This document shows positions 35,762-44,564 of a stretch of DNA of 64,000 nt, one piece after another. The stretch is taken from the NCBI GenBank assembly GCA_964407325.1, contig CAYOVA010000005.1, positions 2,996 through 66,995 on the forward strand, written 5' to 3'. Made by a program: the position numbers and the translations under genes. Within the stretch, counting starts at the first letter, position 1. Each line of letters begins with the position of its first letter. The notes under the pieces are model-generated. The model was not told the DNA's origin. It saw only the letters and a program-made list of their open reading frames with translations, and did not search any database. Origin of the DNA: an uncultured Gammaproteobacteria bacterium. Lineage in GTDB: Bacteria; Patescibacteriota; Microgenomatia; UBA1406; GWC2-37-13.

Positions 35762-37060
35762 ATGTCCGCGACTGTTCAAGAAGTACGAGCTCGGCGGGTA
35801 AACCTGGCGATCATCATCATGGCTCTGCTCCTGCCTCTACCCGCGCTCCTGCTCCGCATCACCGGCGCGCACAACGCACCGCTGCTCGACGCTCTCATCT
35901 ACGGTGTGGCCGTGGTGGGGGCTGCCTTCCAGCTATCATGGGGAGCTGAAGTCGCGCAGCACTACATTCCGCGCGCCTTTGCCTTCATGTTCCTGGCGCT
36001 CATCGCCGTTCTGCCCGAATACGCTGTGGACATGTACCTCAGCTGGCAGGCGGCAGGCGATCCCAGCTATGCGCCGCTCGCGCTGGTCAACATGACCGGG
36101 GCGAACAGGTTGCTGATCGGCATCGGCTGGCCTGTTGTGGTGGCCCTGTACTGCTGGCGCGCGCGCGCCGCTGGAAGGCGCGGCCTTGAGGCAACGGGCG
36201 TGAGCATCGAACGGTCACAGTCGATCGAGGTCGCGTACCTCGGCCTGGCGACCATCTACAGCTTTATCATTCCCCTCAAGGGCACGCTCGGCCTCGTGGA
36301 CCTGGTGATTCTGGTGACCATCTTCGGCTTCTACGCGATGCACGTGGCGCGTCAGCCAACGGAGGAGCCGGAGGCAATCGGCCCCGCGAAGCTGATCGGT
36401 GCGATGACCAACCGCCTGCGGCTCGGCATGACGATCTTCCTCTTCATCTACGCCGGAGTCTCGATCTTCATGGTCGCCGAACCGTTCGCGGAGGCGCTCA
36501 TCCACGCTGGTGAAGACCTCGGCTTCGACAGGCGCACGCTGATCCAGTGGCTGGCACCACTTGCCTCCGAGACGCCCGAGTTCATCGTCGTCTCGATCTT
36601 CGCCTGGCGGCTCATGGGCGCGGCTTCCCTGGGCGCCCTGGTATCGAGCAAGGTCAACCAGTGGACGCTCCTGGTGAGTACCATTCCGCTGGTGTACAAC
36701 ATCTCCAGCGCAGTGAAGGGGCTGGGCTTCCCACGGCCGCTGGTGCTGGACCAAATCCAGCGTGAGGACCTGTTCCTCACGAGCGCTCAGAGCTTCTTCG
36801 CCGTCGCCATCCTGATCGGCCTGCGGCTGAGCATCTGGGAAGCGGCGATGCTGACCACACTGTTCATGATCCAGTTCGTCTTCCCGGATACGCAGTGGTG
36901 GGTCACTGTGATCTACCTGGTCTTCGGCGCCTTCTACCTCTGGCGCAACCGGGACCAGTTGCCGGATATCTGGCGTGGCCTTCGCGGCCAGTCGGCGCAG
37001 AACGCTGAAGCCCCCCCGAGCGAGCCTCCTACCGCCGCCCACCGCGGCGCTGAGCACTAG
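35762..37060 (+). CDS. Cation/Ca2+ exchanger-like (CaCA-type) membrane protein (GC-rich gene)
   Basis: 432 aa, polytopic. Two internally repeated halves each carry a P-E motif helix (AVLPEYAVDMYLS and ASETPEFIVVSIFA), reminiscent of the alpha-repeats of Na+/Ca2+ exchanger-type proteins. The family call is tentative. Confidence 0.55.
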   Translation: MSATVQEVRARRVNLAIIIMALLLPLPALLLRITGAHNAPLLDALIYGVAVVGAAFQLSWGAEVAQHYIPRAFAFMFLALIAVLPEYAVDMYLSWQAAGDPSYAPLALVNMTGANRLLIGIGWPVVVALYCWRARAAGRRGLEATGVSIERSQSIEVAYLGLATIYSFIIPLKGTLGLVDLVILVTIFGFYAMHVARQPTEEPEAIGPAKLIGAMTNRLRLGMTIFLFIYAGVSIFMVAEPFAEALIHAGEDLGFDRRTLIQWLAPLASETPEFIVVSIFAWRLMGAASLGALVSSKVNQWTLLVSTIPLVYNISSAVKGLGFPRPLVLDQIQREDLFLTSAQSFFAVAILIGLRLSIWEAAMLTTLFMIQFVFPDTQWWVTVIYLVFGAFYLWRNRDQLPDIWRGLRGQSAQNAEAPPSEPPTAAHRGAEH

Positions 37061-37101
37061 CGCTCCACGTTAAGCGCGAACTGCTCAAACGCCGCCCACT
37101 G

Positions 37102-37129
37102 TGGCCGCCCCGAGCAATCGGGGCGGTCA
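37102..37129 (+). terminator. GC-rich hairpin downstream of the CaCA-like gene
   Basis: tggccgccccg-agcaat-cggggcggtca forms 11 bp with one G-T. It lies 42 nt after the stop and has no U-tract. Confidence 0.4.
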
Positions 37130-37194
37130 CAAACCAACATAAAGCACGTAAAAACCGTAATGGGATAGATTTATAGAAGAAATAACGAAGGTCT

Positions 37195-37686
37195 TTATGC
37201 ATTCTTTTCAAGCAGTTCAATCCGTTCTTCATGGTCGTCTAATCTTACAGTAAGATGACCCTCTACAGCCATCAAGTAATCATGAACGTCTTCAGCCAGA
37301 CTATCAATTTTTTTGTGGAGCTCTTTTATATCGTCTTTGGTTGCCATTTCTTCCCTTATACTTTGAACTTCTTCTTTTGTAGCAAGCCCTTTTAAATCCT
37401 CTTTCGTGGCGAGAGATTTCAACTCTTCCTTCGTTGCGAGCCCTTTTATATCGTCTTTGGTTGCCATTTCTTCCCTTATACTTTGAACTTCTTCTTTTGT
37501 AGCAAGCCCTTTTAAATCCTCTTTCGTGGCGAGAGATTTCAACTCTTCCTTCGTTGCAAGCCCTTTTAAATCCTCTTTCGTGGCGAGAGATTTCAACTCC
37601 TCTTTTGTCGCCAAACCCTGTACTGCCTGGGAGACAATGCCTTGGACAATATCGCGAATTATTTCGATATCAGTTCTATCAATCAT
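37195..37686 (-). CDS. Coiled-coil repeat protein (LATKE[E/D]LK repeats)
   Basis: 163 aa containing nested repeats: 9-aa units LATKEELKS/LATKEDLKG and a 40-aa unit duplicated almost perfectly. The C-terminal heptad-like segment ends ...ERIELLEKNA. Confidence 0.65.
   Translation of the reverse strand: MIDRTDIEIIRDIVQGIVSQAVQGLATKEELKSLATKEDLKGLATKEELKSLATKEDLKGLATKEEVQSIREEMATKDDIKGLATKEELKSLATKEDLKGLATKEEVQSIREEMATKDDIKELHKKIDSLAEDVHDYLMAVEGHLTVRLDDHEERIELLEKNA
37321..37610. repeat. 120-bp direct tandem duplication (2 copies, 2 mismatches) plus a partial third unit, built from 27-bp sub-repeats
   Basis: 37321..37440 and 37441..37560 differ only at 37322/37442 and 37438/37558. 37561..~37610 repeats the inner sub-unit gcccttttaaatcctctttcgtggcgagagatttcaactc. 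Confidence 0.95.
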
Positions 37687-37807
37687 AGGAAGATCATTCT
37701 AGCAAAAGTAACTGGAGAATTACATGACAGAATTGTCAAAAAAATTGACAGTTTTCTCTATCATGAATGCAGAAATATCTCACGCAATTCGTACAGTCGA
37801 CAAGTCT

Positions 37808-38383
37808 TTAGGCTTTCTTTACTTTCTCGATGTTCTCTCGCCCATGTTTTAAAACGCGGGCCATCCAAATCAACTCATCATAAATTCGCTTAACCCGGCG
37901 CACGTACGCTTCATCCAGCAAATTCCCTTCGGCATCAAATATCTCTTGGACTTTGGGAAACTGCACATCTATCGATAGTACCACCAGCCCCGTTTCACGA
38001 ATTGCCGGTACAAGCGATTCAATCGCCCGAACGCCTCCCCATTGGCCATCTGAAACACCCGCAAATGCAATTGCTTTGTGATTGTACGTCTGCAATTCAC
38101 TATCAAGCAAACGCTTTAAAGTACCCGGAAAGCTATGATTGTATTCCGGCACAATAACAAAAAAAGCATCAGCTTTTTCAGTAATTGCCGTATAGCGGGG
38201 ATCTTTTCCCTCCGGATCGTTTCCATCACCTGGCAAATCAAAATCATTTACATCAACAAATACCGTTTCAATTTCTTCAGCATAATGCTCCCGTCCGACC
38301 TTTTCAACGAAGCGCGCGGCTACTATTGAGCGCCTTTTGACCCGTTTTGTTCCTTCAATAATAACTACATTAAGTTTTTCCAT
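37808..38383 (-). CDS. NADPH-dependent FMN reductase family protein
   Basis: MEKLNVVIIEGTKR.. (flavodoxin-like N-terminus) and FFVIVPEYNHSFPGTLKRLLD are hallmark motifs of the FMN_red family. Confidence 0.8.
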   Translation of the reverse strand: MEKLNVVIIEGTKRVKRRSIVAARFVEKVGREHYAEEIETVFVDVNDFDLPGDGNDPEGKDPRYTAITEKADAFFVIVPEYNHSFPGTLKRLLDSELQTYNHKAIAFAGVSDGQWGGVRAIESLVPAIRETGLVVLSIDVQFPKVQEIFDAEGNLLDEAYVRRVKRIYDELIWMARVLKHGRENIEKVKKA

Positions 38384-38434
38384 ACCATTATTGTAGCGCA
38401 GGGAGGGGAAAGTAGCGAAGTAAACAACGGAGAA

Positions 38435-38992
38435 TTACAAATCACGCAAGTCTTTTAGTAAATCTTTCATTATCATTTCCGAAACCCAGGGGGCAAGGCC
38501 TCGCAATCCGGGATTTACATCCGGCTCGTTTAGGTGGGCAAGTGGGATAACAGAATAGCCGTACGAATACTCCGGATTTACCAGAGGCAAACGGTTGATG
38601 CGTGCAATATACAGATGACACACTTCATGCTCTATATAGTTGCCGTGTTTTGAATCATAGATGACTTTTCCCGCCAAATCAATTTCACCAGCCAGGTCTT
38701 TTTGCATGATTCCCCATTCCCGTTCAAGACAGTTCAATACAGCCGTTTTTGCTTCCTGTAGCTTTTCTCCTTCATAAAACTGGTGTGATGAAGCGGTTAA
38801 GTCAATAAAGCCGTCAAATACCGGATGCTTGCGATGCTGGCAGACCATTCCATCTTCATATAGCAATCCAACCGTAAAGCCACGGTGTAACATTCCTTTT
38901 TCGTGGGCTTCCCAGCGTTCTATCTTGCCTACTATTTCGTCATTTTCGTTAACTTGGGGGATATAGAGTGTTGTGGTGTAATGATTGTTCAT
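38435..38992 (-). CDS. Nudix-fold / isopentenyl-diphosphate isomerase (type 1)-like protein
   Basis: GMLHRGFTVGLLYEDGMVCQHRKH resembles the IDI-1 LHRAFS.F.F....LL.QRR. However, the position of the catalytic Cys (..C.HP) reads LTASSHQ, so isomerase activity is doubtful. Confidence 0.5.
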   Translation of the reverse strand: MNNHYTTTLYIPQVNENDEIVGKIERWEAHEKGMLHRGFTVGLLYEDGMVCQHRKHPVFDGFIDLTASSHQFYEGEKLQEAKTAVLNCLEREWGIMQKDLAGEIDLAGKVIYDSKHGNYIEHEVCHLYIARINRLPLVNPEYSYGYSVIPLAHLNEPDVNPGLRGLAPWVSEMIMKDLLKDLRDL

Positions 38993-39061
38993 GCAATAGG
39001 GTTAATTGTACCATGGAAGCTGTAATTTCCGAACTCCCGTCTTGCCTAGCAAACAATCCTA

Positions 39062-40426
39062 TTACTTATAGCACTTCATCAAATGGAGTTCGTTTGCAGG
39101 AGGCCAGAAAAATGGTTGGGAATGGATAATAGTACAATTTTTAAGCACGGGGTCGAGGTCTATAATTCCCACTGCGTATGCGCGTGGTAGCCCAGGGTCT
39201 TGTTTTGCCGGCATAAATACAATTGTGCGGTTACTCAGTATCTTTTTTGTGATGGCTATCCTATCAAGTTTTCCCGACTGGAAGAGGAGTTCGTTGTTAT
39301 CGGCAATATTATCTATCATAGGAATGCCGGATGCGTAACTTATTCCCTGTACTCCCATAGTTACCCCATAGAGGTAATCGGGTTTTTCTTTTTCCAGAAT
39401 CTTCAGCAACTCGTTTGTGTTATTCATGGGAAGTGTCGTGTATGCCCTCATTATTGTCCCTGGGATATTGATAAGCCCAATACCACAGACAATAACAAGT
39501 GCTATTACTTGGATTGTCCTTTCTGAAGCAAAGCGTTTAAGGAAGTTTAATAGGTCGCCGTAGGCCAGTGCAGAAAACGGCGGGAACAAACTGTAATACA
39601 GAAAATGCTTATCGCGGAACAGTAAAAAAAAGAGTAAAAAAGAAAGGAGTCCAAATGCAGGATACGGTCTTTTTTTGAATGACGCAATCGCAAATATTCC
39701 CAGTGCGATAATCAGGAAATCCCGGGTTACGAAGTAATAAAACGGGATAAACAAGTTAAGAGTCGTTCCTCGTACAAGTCCGTATCCAAAGGTTTGGGAT
39801 AGGAAGTAGGGAAAAGCAAAGATAATAGTAGGAAGCATATACACAAATGCAGTTGCTACAAAGCCCAAACCCGATACTAACAGTTTTTTCCAGTCTTCCT
39901 TGAACACGGTAACTATGTATCCTATTACAAACGGAATTGAGTACGCTTTTACCCCTACCATAAGACTAAGCACAACACCAGTCCAAAAGTATTTTTTGTG
40001 CAGATACAGCAAATACGAAAGTACAAGCAGCATATTTACCGTCGTAATTCCCGTGGGAAAGCAATTTGAGAGTATAGTAAAGGACAGTAAATATATAAGG
40101 GAAGTAATAAATGCCGTCAAGTCATTGTTATGAAGCTTTTTTGCAATAAAAAAGATAATAAAGCCTGTTATGCTAATTTCAACAAATGATGTAAGGTAAA
40201 AAAGTGAGTAATTTCCAAACAGAATTGTTTTGTAGAGCCAGCTTAAATAGGGCATAAGAGGAGTGTTTGTTATAAACACGTCCTTGTATAAAATCGCACC
40301 TTCATCCAACCTTTTTGCTACATATATAAATCCGCTGCCATCAACCATAAGGATATTCTGGATAAGGTCGGTGTAGAGAAGCATTGTAAGAAAACACCAG
40401 GCACCCAGCAAAATGAGGAAAATCAT
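39062..40426 (-). CDS. GT-C-like polytopic membrane protein (paralog family, copy 2)
   Basis: Colinear with 40440..41804 along its whole length (MIFLILLGA, DGSGFIY.A, LY.D.F.TNTPL.PY, KPDYLYG, LH.MKCYK). Confidence 0.6.
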   Translation of the reverse strand: MIFLILLGAWCFLTMLLYTDLIQNILMVDGSGFIYVAKRLDEGAILYKDVFITNTPLMPYLSWLYKTILFGNYSLFYLTSFVEISITGFIIFFIAKKLHNNDLTAFITSLIYLLSFTILSNCFPTGITTVNMLLVLSYLLYLHKKYFWTGVVLSLMVGVKAYSIPFVIGYIVTVFKEDWKKLLVSGLGFVATAFVYMLPTIIFAFPYFLSQTFGYGLVRGTTLNLFIPFYYFVTRDFLIIALGIFAIASFKKRPYPAFGLLSFLLFFLLFRDKHFLYYSLFPPFSALAYGDLLNFLKRFASERTIQVIALVIVCGIGLINIPGTIMRAYTTLPMNNTNELLKILEKEKPDYLYGVTMGVQGISYASGIPMIDNIADNNELLFQSGKLDRIAITKKILSNRTIVFMPAKQDPGLPRAYAVGIIDLDPVLKNCTIIHSQPFFWPPANELHLMKCYK

Positions 40427-40439
40427 GAGTTAAGTATAG

Positions 40440-41804
40440 TTAATCTTTATAGCATTTTAAAACGTGTAATTCCTGAGCGCCTGACCATTTCAAGGTTTGT
40501 CTGTGAACGATAGTACATTCCGTAATCCTGGTGTTTGTGAGCACACTTTCAGGATATTCCTTGACTCCATTTGGGAGGGTTCGGAACGGTATTAGAACAA
40601 GGGTTCGCGTTTCAAAAATCCGTTTCGTCATGTGATCTACACTGTATTTCCCAGCTGTAAATAAAGCCGCGTTGGTATCTGCCATATTATCCAGCATCGG
40701 GACACCAGAAAGGTAGCTTGCACCCTGAGTCACGTAAGGCGAACCATATAGATAATCAGGGTTATATTTTTGAATGGTGCTGAGTATAGCCTGAGTATCT
40801 GTTATCCGATTATTATCGTATGAGATAGGCACAGATACAACAATATGCCAGATTGCAAGAAGGACTGCACTTATAAGTGAGATTGTTAGCATAACGCGTT
40901 GTGGAAAAACGCGTCCCATGGATTCAACAAGGTATCCAAAAGAAAGCACTCCAAACGGCACAAATAGAGTGTAATACATAAAATGTCTATCCTGATACAG
41001 GATAAAGAAGAGTATTAGCAAGGCGCTTGTGAGTGCTAAAAAGCGATTCTTCCGGTAGAAAACAAGAGCACATATATTAAGGAGAACAATATGCCAGTCA
41101 TTAACGACAAAACTGACGAAAGCAATGTATTGAGATCGTCCCGGTGTTCTAGTTAATGAATATCCGAATGTTTGTTCCAGAAATTGAGGGAAGGCGAGGA
41201 GCATGGTGGGAAGCATTACAATAGCAAGAGTGCCTAATGCTGTAATAAAGGAAGGAAGATATTTTTTACGTGACACGATAAATCCGTTTATCCAAAAAGC
41301 CAAAACTATAGGAAGGGTGTATGCTTTTGCAGCAAGGGCAAGTCCTACCAAAACTCCTGAAGGAATCAATTTTTTGTTCAAATACAGTAAATAGGCTGAG
41401 GTTAACATAAGCAATGTGGTTGTAATGCCCGTTGGTAGTTTGTTTGATATTACAGTGAATGATGTGAGGTATATAAAAGCAGTTACAAAAGCAGTAAACT
41501 CATTTTTGTGCAGTTTTTTTGCGATAAAGAAAAGAACAAATGCAATGGCGATTATTTCGATTATTGCCGTAAGGTAAAACGCTTGCAGGTTGCCAAACAA
41601 AAGTGTTTTGTATATCCAGTAAATATAAGGGATGAGTGGAGTATTGGTCATAAAAATATCCCGGTATAACACATATCCTTTTCCCATTTGTTGGGCTATG
41701 TAGATAAATCCGCTGCCGTCGGTAATTAAAAGGTTCGAGGCAAGATCGGTACAAAGAAGAAATAAAAAGAAACCAGTAGCACCCAGCAAAATCAGAAAAA
41801 TCAT
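40440..41804 (-). CDS. GT-C-like polytopic membrane protein (paralog family, copy 3)
   Basis: Same family as 39062..40426. Start moved to ATG 41804 (MIFLILLGATG...) by alignment with the paralog and a TATACT box 6 nt upstream. The track ORF extends to 41885. Confidence 0.6.
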   Translation of the reverse strand: MIFLILLGATGFFLFLLCTDLASNLLITDGSGFIYIAQQMGKGYVLYRDIFMTNTPLIPYIYWIYKTLLFGNLQAFYLTAIIEIIAIAFVLFFIAKKLHKNEFTAFVTAFIYLTSFTVISNKLPTGITTTLLMLTSAYLLYLNKKLIPSGVLVGLALAAKAYTLPIVLAFWINGFIVSRKKYLPSFITALGTLAIVMLPTMLLAFPQFLEQTFGYSLTRTPGRSQYIAFVSFVVNDWHIVLLNICALVFYRKNRFLALTSALLILFFILYQDRHFMYYTLFVPFGVLSFGYLVESMGRVFPQRVMLTISLISAVLLAIWHIVVSVPISYDNNRITDTQAILSTIQKYNPDYLYGSPYVTQGASYLSGVPMLDNMADTNAALFTAGKYSVDHMTKRIFETRTLVLIPFRTLPNGVKEYPESVLTNTRITECTIVHRQTLKWSGAQELHVLKCYKD

Positions 41805-41810
41805 ACAAGT

Positions 41811-41818
41811 AGTATAAT
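41811..41818. promoter_or_regulatory. Overlapping divergent -10 boxes (agTATAAT on +, TATACT on -)
   Basis: + strand: TATAAT at 41813..41818, 8 nt before the murJ ATG at 41827. - strand: TATACT is the reverse complement of 41811..41816, 6 nt before ATG 41804. Confidence 0.4.
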
Positions 41819-41826
41819 GAAAAACG

Positions 41827-43314
41827 ATGAAACTCTCCCATGTTTCCAAAACCACGCTTCTGTTAAGCATATTCTTCGGAGTCAATACTATAGTAAGCTT
41901 GTTTCGACAGGTAATAATCGCCCGTACATTTGGCTTGTCTCAAGAACTTGATGCCTTTAACGCGGCAAATAATATTCCGGATCTGTTGTTTTCCCTTATT
42001 TCCGGTGGAGCGTTGGCTTTTGCGCTTATCCCGGTGCTATCGGAATTTCTTACCCATTCCGGCAAAGAACAAATGTGGAAAGTATTTTCCCATGTTTTAA
42101 ATTGTGTGCTGGTTGTTGCGGCAACGCTCTCGCTCCTGGTATTTGTTTTTGCCGAATCCATTGTAAAAGCGGAATTTGGGGTGGCCCCGGGCTTTACAGA
42201 AGCACAACAAAATGTTGTAGTGCATTTAATGCGATTAAATTTAATAGCGACGATGCTATTTTCCGTGAGCGGGATTATTTCTTCGGGATTACAGGCGCGA
42301 CAGCATTTTTTTACTCCGGCTGCCGCTCCGCTTATCTATAATTTTGGTCTTATTATTGGTGCGGTTGTGTTTTCGCGATGGTTTGGGGTCACGGGCTTGG
42401 TGTATGGAACTATTCTGGGATCTCTATTGCATCTGGGAATCCAACTGCCGGTGCTCCCCCGGTACCAGTATCGCTGGTTTGCGGGTTTGGGCTTGCAGAC
42501 ACGAGGTGTTCGACAGGTAATTAAACTGATGGGTCCCCGGTTGCTTACTGTATTGTTAATTCAGCTTATCTTTCTAGGACGCGATAATATGGCATCGCGG
42601 TTGGAAGAAGGTGCCATTACGGCACTTACGTATGGCTGGACCTTTATGCAAGTTCCGGAAACATTAATAGGCACCGCAATAGGAACTGCAATCCTGCCCA
42701 CCTTATCTGAGTTGTCGGCAAAAAAAGACTCCCCAAAATTCAATCAACTCATTTCACATACGATTCGTATCATAACAGCTTTCTCGCTTGGAGCTACCGT
42801 GCTAGGGTTTTTTAGTTTGTATCCGATTGTTCAGGCTATTTTTTCGTTTGAACCGGCGCAGGCCCAGTTGCTTACCCTGGCGGCACGATCATTTCTGATT
42901 GGTTTGTTAGGCCATACCTTATTGGAAATTGTTACCCGGACATTCTATGCAGAACAGGACGCCCGCACGCCTTTGTTTGGTACTGGAATACGGGTAGCGT
43001 TGTTTTTTGGCATTGCAATTCTTTCCTTCCAAACCTTTGGTGTAGTCGGATTGGCACTTGCTGATAGTATTTCTGTTACTCTGGAAGTCTTCTATATGTT
43101 TTTCTTGCTGTATCAACGAGGTGCTCGTATTCAAATTCAGGTGCGTGACTTTGTACGAATCGGAACTGGTTTAGTATTGGCAGGAACTATTACAGTGCTT
43201 GTTACGCTTCTTCCTATTGCGCCCTTAATCCAGGTATTAGTAGGATTGGCGGTTGGAGGAAGCATATTCTTGTACACGTTAAAACCGGAGCTGAAAATGC
43301 TTCTCAAGCTTTAA
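41827..43314 (+). CDS. murJ: Lipid II flippase MurJ (MviN family)
   Basis: LFRQVIIARTFGLSQELDAFNAANNIPDLLFSLISGGALAFALIPVLSE matches the MurJ N-terminal signature (R....A..FG.....DAF..A..IP..L......GA...AFIPV). About 14 TM segments. Confidence 0.8.
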   Translation: MKLSHVSKTTLLLSIFFGVNTIVSLFRQVIIARTFGLSQELDAFNAANNIPDLLFSLISGGALAFALIPVLSEFLTHSGKEQMWKVFSHVLNCVLVVAATLSLLVFVFAESIVKAEFGVAPGFTEAQQNVVVHLMRLNLIATMLFSVSGIISSGLQARQHFFTPAAAPLIYNFGLIIGAVVFSRWFGVTGLVYGTILGSLLHLGIQLPVLPRYQYRWFAGLGLQTRGVRQVIKLMGPRLLTVLLIQLIFLGRDNMASRLEEGAITALTYGWTFMQVPETLIGTAIGTAILPTLSELSAKKDSPKFNQLISHTIRIITAFSLGATVLGFFSLYPIVQAIFSFEPAQAQLLTLAARSFLIGLLGHTLLEIVTRTFYAEQDARTPLFGTGIRVALFFGIAILSFQTFGVVGLALADSISVTLEVFYMFFLLYQRGARIQIQVRDFVRIGTGLVLAGTITVLVTLLPIAPLIQVLVGLAVGGSIFLYTLKPELKMLLKL

Positions 43315-43341
43315 TATCCTATAGTAATTAAGGGGCATTTG

Positions 43342-43350
43342 TGGTATAAT
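43342..43350 (+). promoter_or_regulatory. Extended -10 TGgTATAAT, 6 nt upstream of ATG 43357
   Basis: Sequence is ttTGgTATAATatacgtATG, with no SD. Confidence 0.45.
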
Positions 43351-43356
43351 ATACGT

Positions 43357-44550
43357 ATGAAAAAAGGCATTGTTGTAGCCTCAGTTGGCCTTCTTTTTAT
43401 CGCTTCCGTTGCAGTGGCTACTACTCCTTATGCACAGCAAAAACTGACCAGCCTCAATCGTCGTGTACAAAGCGTAATTAATCAGTACAAGCCCAAAGAG
43501 CCTATCCCTACAGCCTCAACTTCAGAAGAAGACGCCCAGGCAATCTTACAGCGGGAAAGTACCTCTGAAGGTGTAATGAAGCGAGTTCAAAATGCTGTGA
43601 AAAAGCCGACTCCAACGTTACCACCACCACCGTCAAGCTTTCGTGTAAGTGCCCCAATTCAGCAGGAATACCAGACCTGGAATAATTGCGGACCGGCAAC
43701 TACCACAATGATGCTACGGCAACAGGGTAAACCTGCCGTGCAAGCGCAAATAGCTTCCTTTATGAAACCAAACCCCGATGATAAAAACGTCAGCCCGGGT
43801 GATATTATCCGCTATCTGACTAAAGAACGGGGATTAAATGCGCTGTATCTTCACAATGGCGATGATACCATGCTGAAACAGCTGGTTTCCCGCGGCTATC
43901 CTGTGATTGTCGAGCAGTGGTTTGAACCGCACCCCGATGATGGAATGGGCCATTACCGCCTTGTTGTAGGATATGATGATGCAACAAAGCTTTACACAAC
44001 CATGGATTCCTACATCGGTCCAAATAAAACCTTTAGCTACAAGGAATTTAATGACAACTGGAAAGTATTTAACTACGCCTTTATTACCGTATACGAAGAA
44101 GACCAGAAAGATGAAATACAGCAGATACTGGGTGGAAACTGGGACGAAGAGGAAATGAATAAACTCACTCAAGCCCGAGCAGTACAGCAGATCGAAGACA
44201 ATGATGACGATGCCTTTGCCTGGTATAACCTGGGCACATCGTACAGCAGACAGGGAAAACACAAAGAAGCAGTTGTCGCCTTTGATAGAGCACGTGAAAT
44301 TGGCTTACCGTGGCGTATGCTGTGGTACCAATTTGAAATCTTTGAAAGCTACCTCGCAGAAGGCCGCTATGACGATGTAATTAGTCTAACGAATGCAAAT
44401 CTAAAAAATACGAATACCCTGGAAGAATCCTACTACTACCGTGGACGTGCCTATGAAGCACAAGGGAAAACCGATGAAGCGCGCCGCGATTATGAGCGGG
44501 CAGTGGAGCTGAATAAGAATTATGCTCCTGCGGTGGAACGTATTCAGTAA
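43357..44550 (+). CDS. Secreted C39-like cysteine peptidase domain protein with C-terminal TPR repeats
   Basis: Signal/anchor MKKGIVVASVGLLFIASVAVA. YQTWNNCGPATTTMML (Cys nucleophile context) and GMGHYRLVVGYDD (His) fit the Peptidase_C39_2 pattern. TPR-like AWYNLGTSYSRQGKHKEAVVAFDRA and YYYRGRAYEAQGKTDEARRDYERAVEL. Confidence 0.65.
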   Translation: MKKGIVVASVGLLFIASVAVATTPYAQQKLTSLNRRVQSVINQYKPKEPIPTASTSEEDAQAILQRESTSEGVMKRVQNAVKKPTPTLPPPPSSFRVSAPIQQEYQTWNNCGPATTTMMLRQQGKPAVQAQIASFMKPNPDDKNVSPGDIIRYLTKERGLNALYLHNGDDTMLKQLVSRGYPVIVEQWFEPHPDDGMGHYRLVVGYDDATKLYTTMDSYIGPNKTFSYKEFNDNWKVFNYAFITVYEEDQKDEIQQILGGNWDEEEMNKLTQARAVQQIEDNDDDAFAWYNLGTSYSRQGKHKEAVVAFDRAREIGLPWRMLWYQFEIFESYLAEGRYDDVISLTNANLKNTNTLEESYYYRGRAYEAQGKTDEARRDYERAVELNKNYAPAVERIQ

Positions 44551-44564
44551 TGTTGAAGACCTCT

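Noticed and set aside
34386-37057. Long minus-strand ORFs 34386..35402 (338 aa) and 36215..37057 (280 aa), plus other ORFs of 60 codons or more inside the TerC and CaCA-like genes
   Set aside because: They are antisense to genes with clear family motifs (TerC duplicated motif, polytopic exchanger). Their products are Arg/Asp/Gly/His-rich with no hydrophobic pattern. These are stop-poor shadow frames of GC-rich DNA.
35400-37130. Idea that the GC-rich gene-plus-hairpin units are integron cassettes with attC sites
   Set aside because: The hairpins are simple GC stems without the R''/R' core sites (RYYYAAC / GTTRRRY) or the extrahelical-base architecture. There is no intI or attI nearby.
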